A program made the position numbers and the translations under genes. DNA of 49,486 nt. Origin: a virus. Location of the stretch: IMG/VR virus record IMGVR_UViG_3300045257_000116, positions 1-49,486 of that record; one strand, written 5' to 3'. Numbering within the stretch: position 1 is the stretch's first letter; each line of letters opens with the position of its first letter. The notes below the pieces were generated by a model, which was not told the origin of the DNA, ran no database searches, and saw only the letters and a program-made list of their open reading frames with translations. Below are positions 16,210 through 25,808 of the stretch, piece after piece.

Positions 16210-17376
16210 CTATTTGGCGAACACGGTCCAATTCGTGCTGTTGCAAAATCCCATTACCTTGTTGGAGCCGCCTCCGGTTGAAATTGTCGCCCCCCAGGTA
16301 TTGACCGTCGCATCGGTAATATAAGCCGTAGTTCCGGCCATCGCGGCGGAGCAGGCGGCGAGATTGGAAAAAGGGTTCGGATTGCCGCCGCCAGCACCCG
16401 CTGAATATTGCAACATGCCATAGACGATATTCTGCGCGGCTACAGCATTTCCAGGGAAGAGGGTGTTGCAGTCGTACCCCTGATTTGCAGAAATGCCATT
16501 GGCAAGGCACTTAGTCCCCGTTGCGGACGATCCCGTGAACGTGCCTGAAGGTGCAATGATCTCGCCGCCATCGATCATGACAGCCGTCGCCACCGAGTAA
16601 GTAATTGGCGTTGTTATATTGATAATGCCTGCGGTTATATCGATCGAGGACGGGCCGGAAGAAGAAAGCATGGTATGCGCGCCGCCGGTCACGGCTATAT
16701 TTCCCACCGCTCGGATTCGACCGCCGAAGCTAGCAATCATCTGCGTTCCAGACGCCATGCCGCCTAAAGTGATCGTGGCATACGAAATCTCGCCGCCATT
16801 GGCGAACATATGGCCGGCCGCATCCGTGCTTATCGAATCGGCAAAAGCTACATCGCTGATCTTCAATGCGCAGCCGGACGCTGCGATTATGCCGTATCCT
16901 GCGGACACTCCATCGACGATCGTTACGGCGGCGGGCGCATTGCTGTCGCCGGTAATGCCGACAAAATGATTGCCCACAAATGAGAAGCCCGAGCAATTCG
17001 CTTGGTAATTTTGCGATGTGCCATGCGCGAGATTGATGGTGACTGAGAAGCCGTTCAGATCGATATTCGTTGCAGCCACCGCAAGCGCATGTTGCAGCGT
17101 CTGAAACGGGGTAGCGGCGGTAAATCCATTATTGCTGTCGCTTCCTGCCTGACATGTGAACTGTCCAATATTGCCGCATGTCGCCGTGCCGCTCGGATTA
17201 GCGTTCACAAAATAATTGGCATTGTTGGTCAAGACCGTCCTGACGGTCGTTGTGTTGTTTGCGCCAACGGTCAATTGATTGGTTATCGTCGCGTTCTGAA
17301 AAACAGGTGACTGTGCGGATGCGCTGCCTGAGAGCAACGTGAGAACGAGCGCGAAAATCGTGATCAGGCGATGCAT
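16210..17376 (-). CDS. Signal-peptide-bearing beta-helix-like protein, paralogous to the fibre C-terminal part
   Basis: 388 aa with MHRLITIFALVLTLLSGSASAQ. GSDSNNGFTAATPFQTL...IDLNGFSVTINLAHGT aligns with GSNSNNGLTSGTAFATF...YDLNGFTVTINQAGT of 11096..12178. Confidence 0.55.
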   Translation of the reverse strand: MHRLITIFALVLTLLSGSASAQSPVFQNATITNQLTVGANNTTTVRTVLTNNANYFVNANPSGTATCGNIGQFTCQAGSDSNNGFTAATPFQTLQHALAVAATNIDLNGFSVTINLAHGTSQNYQANCSGFSFVGNHFVGITGDSNAPAAVTIVDGVSAGYGIIAASGCALKISDVAFADSISTDAAGHMFANGGEISYATITLGGMASGTQMIASFGGRIRAVGNIAVTGGAHTMLSSSGPSSIDITAGIINITTPITYSVATAVMIDGGEIIAPSGTFTGSSATGTKCLANGISANQGYDCNTLFPGNAVAAQNIVYGMLQYSAGAGGGNPNPFSNLAACSAAMAGTTAYITDATVNTWGATISTGGGSNKVMGFCNSTNWTVFAK

Positions 17377-17966
17377 ATGAGCCCTCCGTTATTCCAAAGC
17401 TGTAGATTGCCGGGTGTTACGACAGAAGTTGGTAAATTGCCAGCGCCGAGGGCGAGTAATTGCGGCGGCGTGATTACATTGAAGAATACCGGCGGCGCTG
17501 CGGGGTCGGGCGTCGTCGTTCCCGCCATGCAGATTGTCTGGCCGTTATTCCATACCGCGCCGGCATGTAGACCTATGGGACTGATCGGATATTGCGTCAC
17601 ATAGCCAACAACCAACACGCCGCCATCGTTGAGGAAATATTCATTGGCGGACGTGAGTTCGAACGGGATCGGGAAATTAAGCGGTGCGGGTGTCGGCGGA
17701 TCGACCTCGAAATTTCCGGTTGACGCGCGATAGACGAGAACACTCGCCAGGAAATAGCCCGCGAGTAGGTTGATGTTATAGGTCGCGGGTGATCCGACTT
17801 GCGGCCGGCATACGATGAGCGTGTTCGATGCGTCATAAATGTTGATGTAGAACCTCTGTCCGAACAGGTTCCATGTGCATTGGATCGTGTAAATATTGCC
17901 GTCGAGCGTCGCCTGAAATTGGAAGGGCGCTTGAATAGACGGGACGAATGGAATGTACGTTGTCAA
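17364..17966 (-). CDS. Hypothetical tail/baseplate protein
   Basis: 200-aa ORF with an ATGA overlap with the upstream gene. Confidence 0.55.
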   Translation of the reverse strand: MTTYIPFVPSIQAPFQFQATLDGNIYTIQCTWNLFGQRFYINIYDASNTLIVCRPQVGSPATYNINLLAGYFLASVLVYRASTGNFEVDPPTPAPLNFPIPFELTSANEYFLNDGGVLVVGYVTQYPISPIGLHAGAVWNNGQTICMAGTTTPDPAAPPVFFNVITPPQLLALGAGNLPTSVVTPGNLQLWNNGGLICIA

Positions 17967-18712
17967 AATGGCTGATCCGGTACGCTCGGGCCAAACGCTG
18001 AGTTCGTTGTGCCCGCGCCAGGCAGACTAGACGCGGCCGGCACAACAGAAGGCGTCGCCAGCGTGTTCTGAGCGCCCACCGCTGCGCCGGGACCGCTTGT
18101 GCTTCCATCCGTAGGCGTGCCGTTGCTGATCGCGCTCATGAGGCTGTTCTGTGCGTTCGCGGCCTGTGCAAGCGTGATCAACGGGCCGAAAAAATCCCAT
18201 TGATAGGAAACCATGTCCTGTTTGGTGTTGCCGCCTGAAATCTCGCCTAGCTTGAGCAGAAGCTGGTTCGTATAAATCTGCGCCAGGGTGACAACGGTGT
18301 ATGTCCCGCCGAGCTGCGTATGCTGAGACAGCACCTTTTGCAGCGCCGTCAGCACAGCCAACTTGCCGGGATAGCCGCTGATCGTCGTTGCCGGGCAGTC
18401 CATGCGGAGTGAGATGCGGAGCGGCTGCGTAATGACCGCGTTCGCCGCGACGTTCTGATTTGCGAACGGATAAAGCCCGTACTGATTATCGATCAGTGTC
18501 GAGCCGGGAATTGGACGGAAGTGAGCGAAATAGTTGTCCAGATTGAGCGCGCTCGTGCTGCCCGTCAGAATGCCCGCGAGAAAGTCGGCCGACTGCATGA
18601 TCGAGACGATCGGCAGCATCCCGCCAAGCATCTGCGCCGCAATACCACCCGTCAGGATGATTGGCGATATCTCGAAGCCAAGTTGAAAGACGGTGCGGCC
18701 GGCGCTTGTCAT
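17963..18712 (-). CDS. Tail protein following the tape measure (Mu gp43-like position)
   Basis: 249-aa ORF with an ATGA overlap with the tape measure stop. Confidence 0.5.
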   Translation of the reverse strand: MTSAGRTVFQLGFEISPIILTGGIAAQMLGGMLPIVSIMQSADFLAGILTGSTSALNLDNYFAHFRPIPGSTLIDNQYGLYPFANQNVAANAVITQPLRISLRMDCPATTISGYPGKLAVLTALQKVLSQHTQLGGTYTVVTLAQIYTNQLLLKLGEISGGNTKQDMVSYQWDFFGPLITLAQAANAQNSLMSAISNGTPTDGSTSGPGAAVGAQNTLATPSVVPAASSLPGAGTTNSAFGPSVPDQPF

Positions 18713-20304
18713 TGCGCCACCTGATTTGCACCGATCACGGCCGAGCCGCCGGTCTGGTTCTGGACGGTGAGTTCAACCTTGCCGAGATAGTTCTTCGTCT
18801 CGTTCGGCAAGTGACTGCGCCAGTCAGCGCCGTACTTATCGATATCGTTCTGCAGATTGCGTGGCCCCCAATTATAGGCGGCGACCGCCTTGGCTTGGTC
18901 GCCGCCGAATTCAGCGAGAAGATCGCGCAACAATGCCTTCGCCGCCGCACGGGATGCAACGGTGTCGGTCGGATCGGTCAGGCCATATTGCTTGGCCGTG
19001 TCTGGCATGAATTGGTAAACGCCTCGCGCGCCTTTGGGCGAAACCGCGTTCGGTCCCGATCCTTCACCGGCCTTGATCCCGTTGAGCAATGCATCGCTTG
19101 GATTATAATCACCCTTCGCGCCGCCTGGGAACGCCAGTGCATTGACGTTGCGGTCATACCAGTCGCCCTTCGAATAGTCGGGGTGGTTGTTGCTGCTGAT
19201 CGGGCCGCCAGTCGGCAGGGACGAGGCCGGTCCCCCACTGCCGGGAGAACTGAGCCCCATCTTGCCCAGCCACCCGGCCAGGGATTCCATGCCGTCCGAG
19301 ACTTCGCCGAGCCAATGTTTCAACTGATCGCTCTTGAGAAAGCTGTCGAGCAAATCGACCGCGGCCTTTGATAGCTTTTCGAGGCCCGGCTCGAGCGGAG
19401 CCAGGTCATTGACAAACACCGTCTCGATCTTCCCGCCCGCGCGATCAAGTTGGTTAACAAAATTCTGCATCTTGTCGGCGGTATCCTGCGATACGCCGAG
19501 ATACTGCGAATCTCTTTGGAAATCCCGCCCCGACTGTCCGAGTGCCTGACGCTGCCGGGCGAGCGACATAAAGTCCTGAAGGCTCCCATACTGATCGAGC
19601 CCGAGCGGCTGCATGATCTGCGCACCGCGTCCCTGCAATCCGCCCATGGCAATGAACCGGTCCACCATCGCCGGGAGCAACTTCGCCGCGATCTGCGCCG
19701 AGTCCATACCTGCGCGCGTGAGCGAGCCGACTTGCTGGCCGAAGACGCTGCCCTGCTTCGTGAGGTCGTTGCCTACGTCGTTGACGCCGGATAGGAAGTC
19801 TTCGGGGCTGGCGATGTATTTCTGATAGTCGATCTTGAACGCGCGCTGCTCACCGATCGTCGCGTTGATGACGAAGCCCTGCCGGCGGAACCCTGACGTG
19901 GTGAGCGCCAGTTTGTCCGCGCCGAACAACCCGCCCGCGCCGAGAAGGCCCGCGGCAATCGTGGTCAGGCCGGTCCATTTCAAAAGCTGTTCGGTCGCGC
20001 CCGTGATGTTGCTCAGAACATCCCTCGTGTCGCGCTTCATGTCTTTCCAGAAACCGGCCGACTTTTTGGCCGACTTCTCGATCTTCTCGTGATCGTCCTT
20101 GACCTTGTGCGTGAGTTCGGACTGAGCGAACAGCGCCGCCGCCAGTTCGACAAATGACACGCCGGTCTGCGCGATCTGCGCGTTCTGCTTGCCCCATTCG
20201 CCGGGCAGCTTCTTCAGCGATTCCAGATAGGTGTCATAGGACGAGCGGAATTTCTGCCAGTCAGCATCATCGATCGGGATTTTGACAATTGGAACCGTGA
20301 CCAT
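18709..20304 (-). CDS. Tape measure protein with C-terminal lytic transglycosylase (SLT) domain
   Basis: 531 aa with a helical N-terminal two thirds. The C-terminal GEGSGPNAVSPKGARGVYQFMPDTAKQYGL...AAYNWGP matches the E-S...GA-x-G-x-x-Q-x-x-P-x-TA SLT pattern. It lies after the chaperone pair. Confidence 0.7.
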   Translation of the reverse strand: MVTVPIVKIPIDDADWQKFRSSYDTYLESLKKLPGEWGKQNAQIAQTGVSFVELAAALFAQSELTHKVKDDHEKIEKSAKKSAGFWKDMKRDTRDVLSNITGATEQLLKWTGLTTIAAGLLGAGGLFGADKLALTTSGFRRQGFVINATIGEQRAFKIDYQKYIASPEDFLSGVNDVGNDLTKQGSVFGQQVGSLTRAGMDSAQIAAKLLPAMVDRFIAMGGLQGRGAQIMQPLGLDQYGSLQDFMSLARQRQALGQSGRDFQRDSQYLGVSQDTADKMQNFVNQLDRAGGKIETVFVNDLAPLEPGLEKLSKAAVDLLDSFLKSDQLKHWLGEVSDGMESLAGWLGKMGLSSPGSGGPASSLPTGGPISSNNHPDYSKGDWYDRNVNALAFPGGAKGDYNPSDALLNGIKAGEGSGPNAVSPKGARGVYQFMPDTAKQYGLTDPTDTVASRAAAKALLRDLLAEFGGDQAKAVAAYNWGPRNLQNDIDKYGADWRSHLPNETKNYLGKVELTVQNQTGGSAVIGANQVAQ

Positions 20305-20306
20305 GA

Positions 20307-21025
20307 TTACCCGGCAAGTCCTTCTAAGGCGCGCAGGATATGGCGCTGGCGAAAGTCATGCGCCGAGATATAGCGCACTTTCGGATCATGTAGAACGGTT
20401 TCAAAAAGATGACCGAGGGTCTTCGTAAAGCCCTCGTTCGACGCCCAGTCTAAACAGGCGTGGATGAGGGTTTCGCCGTCACGCCAGTACTGCCGGTCGC
20501 GGTCAACGTCGGCAATCCACGCGCGAACTCCGATGAGTTCAATGGTGTAGCTTGCGAGGCCCACCATCCATTCGTCAGATCCAATTTCTGCTTTAGGATC
20601 GCCTTGGGCGCGAGCGCCGAGCTCAAGGTAAAAAAAACAATCGCACCCTCGACCTCATCGATATCGTCCTGCGTGATCAGGTTGGCGCTGAGTGCGTCGG
20701 TGAGCATCATGGTTTCCCAGCCACGCGGGCCGGGCAGGATCACGTTCGTCAGGCGGCGGATTTCGCCTAGCAACCCATGTTCAACGCCGTCGTCGCCTTC
20801 CCACACGTTGCCTGCCTTGGCATGTTCCTCAAGGCAGATCATCGCGGTTTTCGGCGCGGTCATGGATGCGTTGCCGAGGCGTTCGAGGTCTTGAAACGCC
20901 ACGGTCATGACGCGCCAATAATGCACGAATGTCTCGCGCGAAATCGGCACAGAATGCACGTATAGCGTTGAGCCGTCGTCGCGGTCGATCGGTATGACGA
21001 GATTGAGCTTTTTATTGAGGATCAC
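20307..21025 (-). CDS. Tail assembly chaperone, -1 frameshift product (gpGT/gpE+E' analogue)
   Basis: Slipping at T TTT TTT (20636..20630) moves into the -1 frame. That frame is open from the slip site (YLELGARAQGDPKAEIGSDEWMVGLAS...) to the stop at 20307. Predicted fusion is about 239 aa. Confidence 0.45.
20450..21025 (-). CDS. Tail assembly chaperone, zero-frame product (gpG/gpE analogue)
   Basis: ORF 20450..21178 trimmed to GTG 21025, directly after the tube stop. It lies between the tube and tape measure genes and contains the slippery T run. Confidence 0.45.
   Translation of the reverse strand: MILNKKLNLVIPIDRDDGSTLYVHSVPISRETFVHYWRVMTVAFQDLERLGNASMTAPKTAMICLEEHAKAGNVWEGDDGVEHGLLGEIRRLTNVILPGPRGWETMMLTDALSANLITQDDIDEVEGAIVFFTLSSALAPKAILKQKLDLTNGWWASQATPLNSSEFARGLPTLTATGSTGVTAKPSSTPV
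20630..20637 (-). other. Slippery homopolymer (T8 on the coding strand) for programmed -1 frameshift
   Basis: The plus strand has a8 at 20630..20637. The zero frame reads GTT TTT TTT ACC, giving an X XXY YYZ heptamer T TTT TTT. Confidence 0.5.
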
Positions 21026-21027
21026 GG

Positions 21028-21465
21028 TCAGGTATATAAGCTCGCGTTGATCAGATAAATTCCGCTGACGGTGACGACATATTCCGGCGTCGATCCATCC
21101 AGCGCCAGCGCATCCGTTCCGCTGAGCGAGCAATTGGTCAGATTGTACGGCGAGAAGACCGCCGAATCGGTGCGGCACGTCACATCACCGATGATCGTAT
21201 TGCTCTCGATCTGCGATTTGTAGACGTTGGCGAGGCTCTGCGTCTTGAGCAGATGCACGGTCACGCGGGCCAATTGATAGGGCTCGGGCGAGTTGACGAT
21301 GCCTGTGAGCGTCTCCAGCGGTGCGGTGGTCGCGCCTTGGAGCGCCAGCATCAGCGCGCCCTTGCCGAGATACTGCGCGGTCGCGTTCAACTCGGGATGA
21401 TCCGAGAAGGTCAGCGATGAAAGGAGGCGGTTAAGATTGCCCTGGGGGATCTGTTGCGATGCCAT
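21028..21465 (-). CDS. Tail tube protein (by size and position)
   Basis: 145 aa, between the sheath-size gene and the chaperone pair. Confidence 0.5.
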   Translation of the reverse strand: MASQQIPQGNLNRLLSSLTFSDHPELNATAQYLGKGALMLALQGATTAPLETLTGIVNSPEPYQLARVTVHLLKTQSLANVYKSQIESNTIIGDVTCRTDSAVFSPYNLTNCSLSGTDALALDGSTPEYVVTVSGIYLINASLYT

Positions 21466-21468
21466 TTA

Positions 21469-22869
21469 TCAGGCCCCCGAGGGGAAGTCGGACACCACGA
21501 GGCCGACATTGATTTGCGCGAAGCCGAGCAACGGCGTGAAGACCGCGTTCAATCCGCCATAGGTCTGCGCCTCATAGTCCAGCGGGTTTTCGCTGGTGTA
21601 GGAAACGAACGGATCGGCATTCACAACCACTTGGCCGGCGTACAGTCCCGCCTCGTAATTGGCGACGAATTCGGCCTGCGGAAGCTCCGTCTGGATCAAC
21701 TGGCCCAGCGCCATGCCGTAGGTGATCATCCGCTTCATGGTGCTGAGAAGCACAGCCTGAAGCCGGTTGATACCGATCTGATTGTAGTAGAGCGGCGCGA
21801 GCTTGTTGTTCGAGCCGTTAATCACGGCGGCGGTCAGATCGATATTGCCGTTGATCTGCGCGTAATCGACGGCATACCAGTAATTGAACGGCTTCCCGTC
21901 CATGAAGGTCCCGAGATAGACCATCTGCCCGGTGAGATTTCCGACCGAGGCGGGAGCAACGACATTGACGAATGCTGCCTTGAGCGTAGCTAATGTCGTG
22001 TTCTGCCCGGTCACAGGCCATGGCGTCACACCGAACAGAAAGGTGAAGGCATTCGGTGGAACTGGCGTCGAACTGGATGGCGTGAGACTGAGCGTTGCCG
22101 CCCAATCGGCCGCCGCAGAGTTCTCGGTCGAAGGCGTGGACGGAGCCTTGTTCCAGAAAAAGACCGACTTGTTGCCGGCGAATGATGCGTAGGTCGATCC
22201 GCTCGATACATCTTCGAGCGTAAAATACTGCATCGCGGTCAGCGCCGTGAACGTCCCGGTATAGGTCGCGAATGCTGCCGAAGCGCGCCAGCCGGGCGAA
22301 ATCATCAGGTAGTTGTAGAAGGCATTCGGGTTCGCGGCGACATAGGCTTCGAACGCGGTCAGCCCTTCCGTTGTCACCGAGAACGCACCGGTTTCCAGCA
22401 CGTAATAACCCTGCGCCGGTCCCTGCGCGAAATAGACGTTGCAGGCGTTGGTCAGGCCGATCACATCGCCGGGGTCCCATGTGCCGGGCGTCGTCTCCGC
22501 GCCGGGATTGCTCGCCAGCGCATAGGTGAAGGTTGACGCGCCGGTCGCAGTCGCCAGGAACGTGCCGTTATAGCCAGCCGGAACCGCGCCCGCGATCGTC
22601 ACATATGCCGTCTCGGCGTTGGTGATGCCATGGGCCACTGTCGTTGTCGCGGTCACGACACTACCCGACCACGCCAATGACGTGATCGCGGCGGGCGGGG
22701 TCAGGATGGCGGTGAGGTCGGAAAGCTGAGTGATAAGCGCCGTGGTGCCGGCCGCTAGCGTAGTGCCCTTGAGAGACACCATAGCGCCCTTGCTTTGCAG
22801 CTTCGAAGGCGCAGGCCCGCGAACCTGACTGACGCCGAACTTGACGATCTGGAATGGGTTGGTTGCCAT
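21469..22869 (-). CDS. Tail sheath protein (by size and position)
   Basis: 466 aa, immediately upstream of the tube-size gene. The genome also has V/W/J baseplate genes, consistent with a contractile tail. Confidence 0.5.
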   Translation of the reverse strand: MATNPFQIVKFGVSQVRGPAPSKLQSKGAMVSLKGTTLAAGTTALITQLSDLTAILTPPAAITSLAWSGSVVTATTTVAHGITNAETAYVTIAGAVPAGYNGTFLATATGASTFTYALASNPGAETTPGTWDPGDVIGLTNACNVYFAQGPAQGYYVLETGAFSVTTEGLTAFEAYVAANPNAFYNYLMISPGWRASAAFATYTGTFTALTAMQYFTLEDVSSGSTYASFAGNKSVFFWNKAPSTPSTENSAAADWAATLSLTPSSSTPVPPNAFTFLFGVTPWPVTGQNTTLATLKAAFVNVVAPASVGNLTGQMVYLGTFMDGKPFNYWYAVDYAQINGNIDLTAAVINGSNNKLAPLYYNQIGINRLQAVLLSTMKRMITYGMALGQLIQTELPQAEFVANYEAGLYAGQVVVNADPFVSYTSENPLDYEAQTYGGLNAVFTPLLGFAQINVGLVVSDFPSGA

Positions 22870-22897
22870 CTGAGCCCCTTCGGCGCTTCAGCCGCGA

Positions 22898-23362
22898 TTA
22901 AAGCTGAAAGCCGGTCGCCGACGCTGCTGCATTTGTGTTGCCCGAGCCGCCAGCCGGGAGCGTCACGACGATGGCGGTATTGATCGCGGTCGATACGGCG
23001 GGCTGCGCGAACTGCACATTGAGCGTGGTTGCCTGAACAGTCGCACCAGCCGGGAAAACGAAGGTGTAGGTCAATGTCCCGCCCGCCAGTCCTGCCACAG
23101 TAGCCGACACGACCGAGGCCGAAGTCGCGCCCGATGCGGTCAGCGTGAAGCCGGTGATATAGGTCTTTTTCGTGGCCGAAGCCGCAAGCGTTGCCACGGC
23201 TGCGGCATTCGCAACATTGCCACTGGACCCCGCAATCGGAGTTGCATCGGCGGCGATTTCCGTCGCGCTGATCAATCCGCCACTGCCATCGGTGTTGAGC
23301 GGAACGAACACGCCCGCGGGGTTTTTTGCGATGAAGGCGATATTGGCGTTCTGCTGCGGCAT
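22898..23362 (-). CDS. Hypothetical virion protein
   Basis: 154-aa Ala/Thr/Gly-rich ORF between the connector genes and the sheath. Confidence 0.5.
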   Translation of the reverse strand: MPQQNANIAFIAKNPAGVFVPLNTDGSGGLISATEIAADATPIAGSSGNVANAAAVATLAASATKKTYITGFTLTASGATSASVVSATVAGLAGGTLTYTFVFPAGATVQATTLNVQFAQPAVSTAINTAIVVTLPAGGSGNTNAAASATGFQL

Positions 23363-23396
23363 ATCACAACTCCTAAAGGTCTTTCCGAGACATAGC

Positions 23397-23807
23397 CTAG
23401 AATACTATGACTGTGAAGGCTTGATTATCTGCCAGGGCATTGACCTCGACGGCGTTCGTCAGCGGAAACGGCGCATCCCAGGTTTCGCCCGGCTGGATCG
23501 CAACCGAAGTGCCGAACGTGCCGGGCGCGGTCTGACCCGGCGGATTGATATAATCGATGATCAGCGGGCCATTATTTCCGGGCGGGCAGACGATCTTTGC
23601 GCCGAGCGTCATGGTGTTGGCGGCAATGGCGATGACCGGCGTTCCTGCCGTCACAACTCGGAACAAAGCGCCGGCCGTCGCGGTCGCAATCGGCGGTGCG
23701 CTCTGCGGCGTGAGTATCTGAGAATTGCCGCTCAACCCGCCATAGTTCGCGGGAATGAAGACCGTCGCGCCGTTCGCGTCTAAGCCCTGAATGTAATATT
23801 GAGCCAT
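23397..23807 (-). CDS. Hypothetical head-tail joining protein
   Basis: ORF 23397..24245 trimmed to ATG 23807, 2 nt after the upstream stop. 136 aa. Confidence 0.5.
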   Translation of the reverse strand: MAQYYIQGLDANGATVFIPANYGGLSGNSQILTPQSAPPIATATAGALFRVVTAGTPVIAIAANTMTLGAKIVCPPGNNGPLIIDYINPPGQTAPGTFGTSVAIQPGETWDAPFPLTNAVEVNALADNQAFTVIVF

Positions 23808-23809
23808 GA

Positions 23810-24823
23810 CTACCCCGCCACCGTGTAAGTCGGCACGCAATGCAAAATGAACTTCTGCGCGATATCGTTGACGCGGGTCTGCAGGTAGCTCACCCGCAAC
23901 TCGAACGTCTTCTTGATCGCCAGGATGCCGAGTTCGCTTTGCACCCGCTTTTGGTCCCGCATCACTTGCATGTCCAGAAGGCCCATCGCGTCGGTATCTA
24001 CCATATACTGATAGAGAAAACGCTGAAAATCCAATGCCTCTTGGTTGCGCACGCCATAGAGCGTGACGCGAACCTGATCGACCGCGAGCTGATACTGCGA
24101 TTGCGTCGGGCTGTAGTTCGGCGCGGACTGCATCGCGCTCGTCTGGTCGGGCACGATATGAACCGCGCCATAGGGCGGCGGCTGATTGTCGGGCACGAGA
24201 AACGAGGGGAATAGCGGGAATGTCGGCGTTGGCGGCTGCGGCCATTTCTGCGGCATGAACATACTGAGCCAGATCGGCAGGCTGTTCGAAACGATCAAGC
24301 TGTGATCATCGAACTGTGCCGGATCGTCGATGATCATCTGTTCCATTTCTGGATAGACCGCATCGCCTTCGTAGTGCCATAGCCCGGCCTGCTTATAGAA
24401 CGATTTCCGCTGACTGAAGGCGAACCTGATCTTCTCGAATGTCGCGATATAGATCGTGGTTGGCGACACATCGTTGAGGTCTTCGACTTCCGCGGTCGAT
24501 GTGAAAATCACCCGATTGACCGCTATTGTCTCATCCTCAAGGTTCTTCTGGTTCGTCGCATAATGCAACGAGCCCTCAACAGTCAGCGGTGCCGGCGCGG
24601 TGGTCTTGGAAATCGGCCGCAGATAGACGCCAAGCGCGATCGATAGCGTGTTCGAGCTTACGAGGTCGGAGCGAACCCAGAAGACCCATCCGTCGAGAGG
24701 CAGCACGACGCGGGTGTACTGGATGAAAGTGAGTGTCTGCTTTTGCGATATCTGGTTGACGCCAGCGACCAGCGTGGCCGCGAGTTGCCCGGCGTTGGGC
24801 AGGGATTCGGCAACGGAGGTCAT
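23810..24823 (-). CDS. Hypothetical head-tail joining / structural protein
   Basis: ORF 23810..24838, with ATG 24823 preferred (ATGA overlap with the upstream stop, GGAG 5 nt upstream). About 337 aa. Confidence 0.55.
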   Translation of the reverse strand: MTSVAESLPNAGQLAATLVAGVNQISQKQTLTFIQYTRVVLPLDGWVFWVRSDLVSSNTLSIALGVYLRPISKTTAPAPLTVEGSLHYATNQKNLEDETIAVNRVIFTSTAEVEDLNDVSPTTIYIATFEKIRFAFSQRKSFYKQAGLWHYEGDAVYPEMEQMIIDDPAQFDDHSLIVSNSLPIWLSMFMPQKWPQPPTPTFPLFPSFLVPDNQPPPYGAVHIVPDQTSAMQSAPNYSPTQSQYQLAVDQVRVTLYGVRNQEALDFQRFLYQYMVDTDAMGLLDMQVMRDQKRVQSELGILAIKKTFELRVSYLQTRVNDIAQKFILHCVPTYTVAG

Positions 24824-25323
24824 TCCGTCTCCGTCCATGCGCGATAGTTGGCCTGCATTAAGCCGGTATCGATGAAGGAAGGTCGGGCTGGATTGCCCTT
24901 CGCATACGGATACGCGAGCCGGTGGTTGACGCCTCGCAACGCAGCTTTGGTCGGCACGCCGTTCGCCCCGTCAAGTTCTTGCAGATCGAGGAACAGTTTC
25001 ATGCCCTGCTCGATCTCTGCTTCAGCACCCGCATAAGGGTTTTCCGGCACTGGCGCACTCGCGAACATATCCTCAATCGCGCCCGCCAGCGAGTTCGCCA
25101 ACGCATCGGCAATCTCATCGCCATAGACCGACGAAAAGGCTTCGAGGATGTTGTATTTGTCCTCAAGGATTTCGGCTACATCGCCTGTCGTCTGCTGGCC
25201 CGATGGTGCGACGGTGTAGGTTTTAAGCTTACCCTTGTGGATACGCGCGACGGCACGGCGTGGGGCGACGGGACCGGGCGAATAAGGCACGTCTAGGACG
25301 CCCAAGTTTAGGTACATGACCAT
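24820..25323 (-). CDS. Hypothetical head-tail connector protein
   Basis: ORF 24820..25353 trimmed to ATG 25323 (1-nt overlap, TAATG, with the upstream stop). Confidence 0.5.
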   Translation of the reverse strand: MVMYLNLGVLDVPYSPGPVAPRRAVARIHKGKLKTYTVAPSGQQTTGDVAEILEDKYNILEAFSSVYGDEIADALANSLAGAIEDMFASAPVPENPYAGAEAEIEQGMKLFLDLQELDGANGVPTKAALRGVNHRLAYPYAKGNPARPSFIDTGLMQANYRAWTETE

Positions 25324-25808
25324 TATGTCAACCCCCAAACAGAAGGACCCCATTGCTGCGCCAAGCTGAGGTACTCAATCCCGAACGGCGTCTTCAATTT
25401 CTGCAAATCGGCAATCGTCAACCCCTTGAACGCATCCGGCACAAGAAGCGTGTTCGATGTCGCTTCGTCGGCAGCGGCAGAGACGACACCAGCAACGAAA
25501 TTATTGATCCCGTAGCCTTCCGGCGCAGGGCCGCGCAAAGTCTTGAAATAGGTCGAAGGCGGCGTATCCGGTGCATAGTTGATCAGTCTGTCGCCGCCGA
25601 GATTGTAGACGGCCAGCGCGTAGATCGACCACGTATTCGCAGCGGGCGGAACGGATACACCGACGCCGAGCAACGGATTAACCGTCATGAACGCGACATT
25701 GAAGGCATAGACCAGCGCAGGCGAGTTGTCGGGCAGCGCCGGAACCGGCACGCCCATCACGTCGCGGACAAAGACGAGGAACCCCGCCTGCGTTGGCCCT
25801 TGGAGCAT
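25323..25808 (-). CDS. Hypothetical head-tail connector protein
   Basis: 161-aa ORF with a TAATG junction with the upstream gene. Confidence 0.5.
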   Translation of the reverse strand: MLQGPTQAGFLVFVRDVMGVPVPALPDNSPALVYAFNVAFMTVNPLLGVGVSVPPAANTWSIYALAVYNLGGDRLINYAPDTPPSTYFKTLRGPAPEGYGINNFVAGVVSAAADEATSNTLLVPDAFKGLTIADLQKLKTPFGIEYLSLAQQWGPSVWGLT

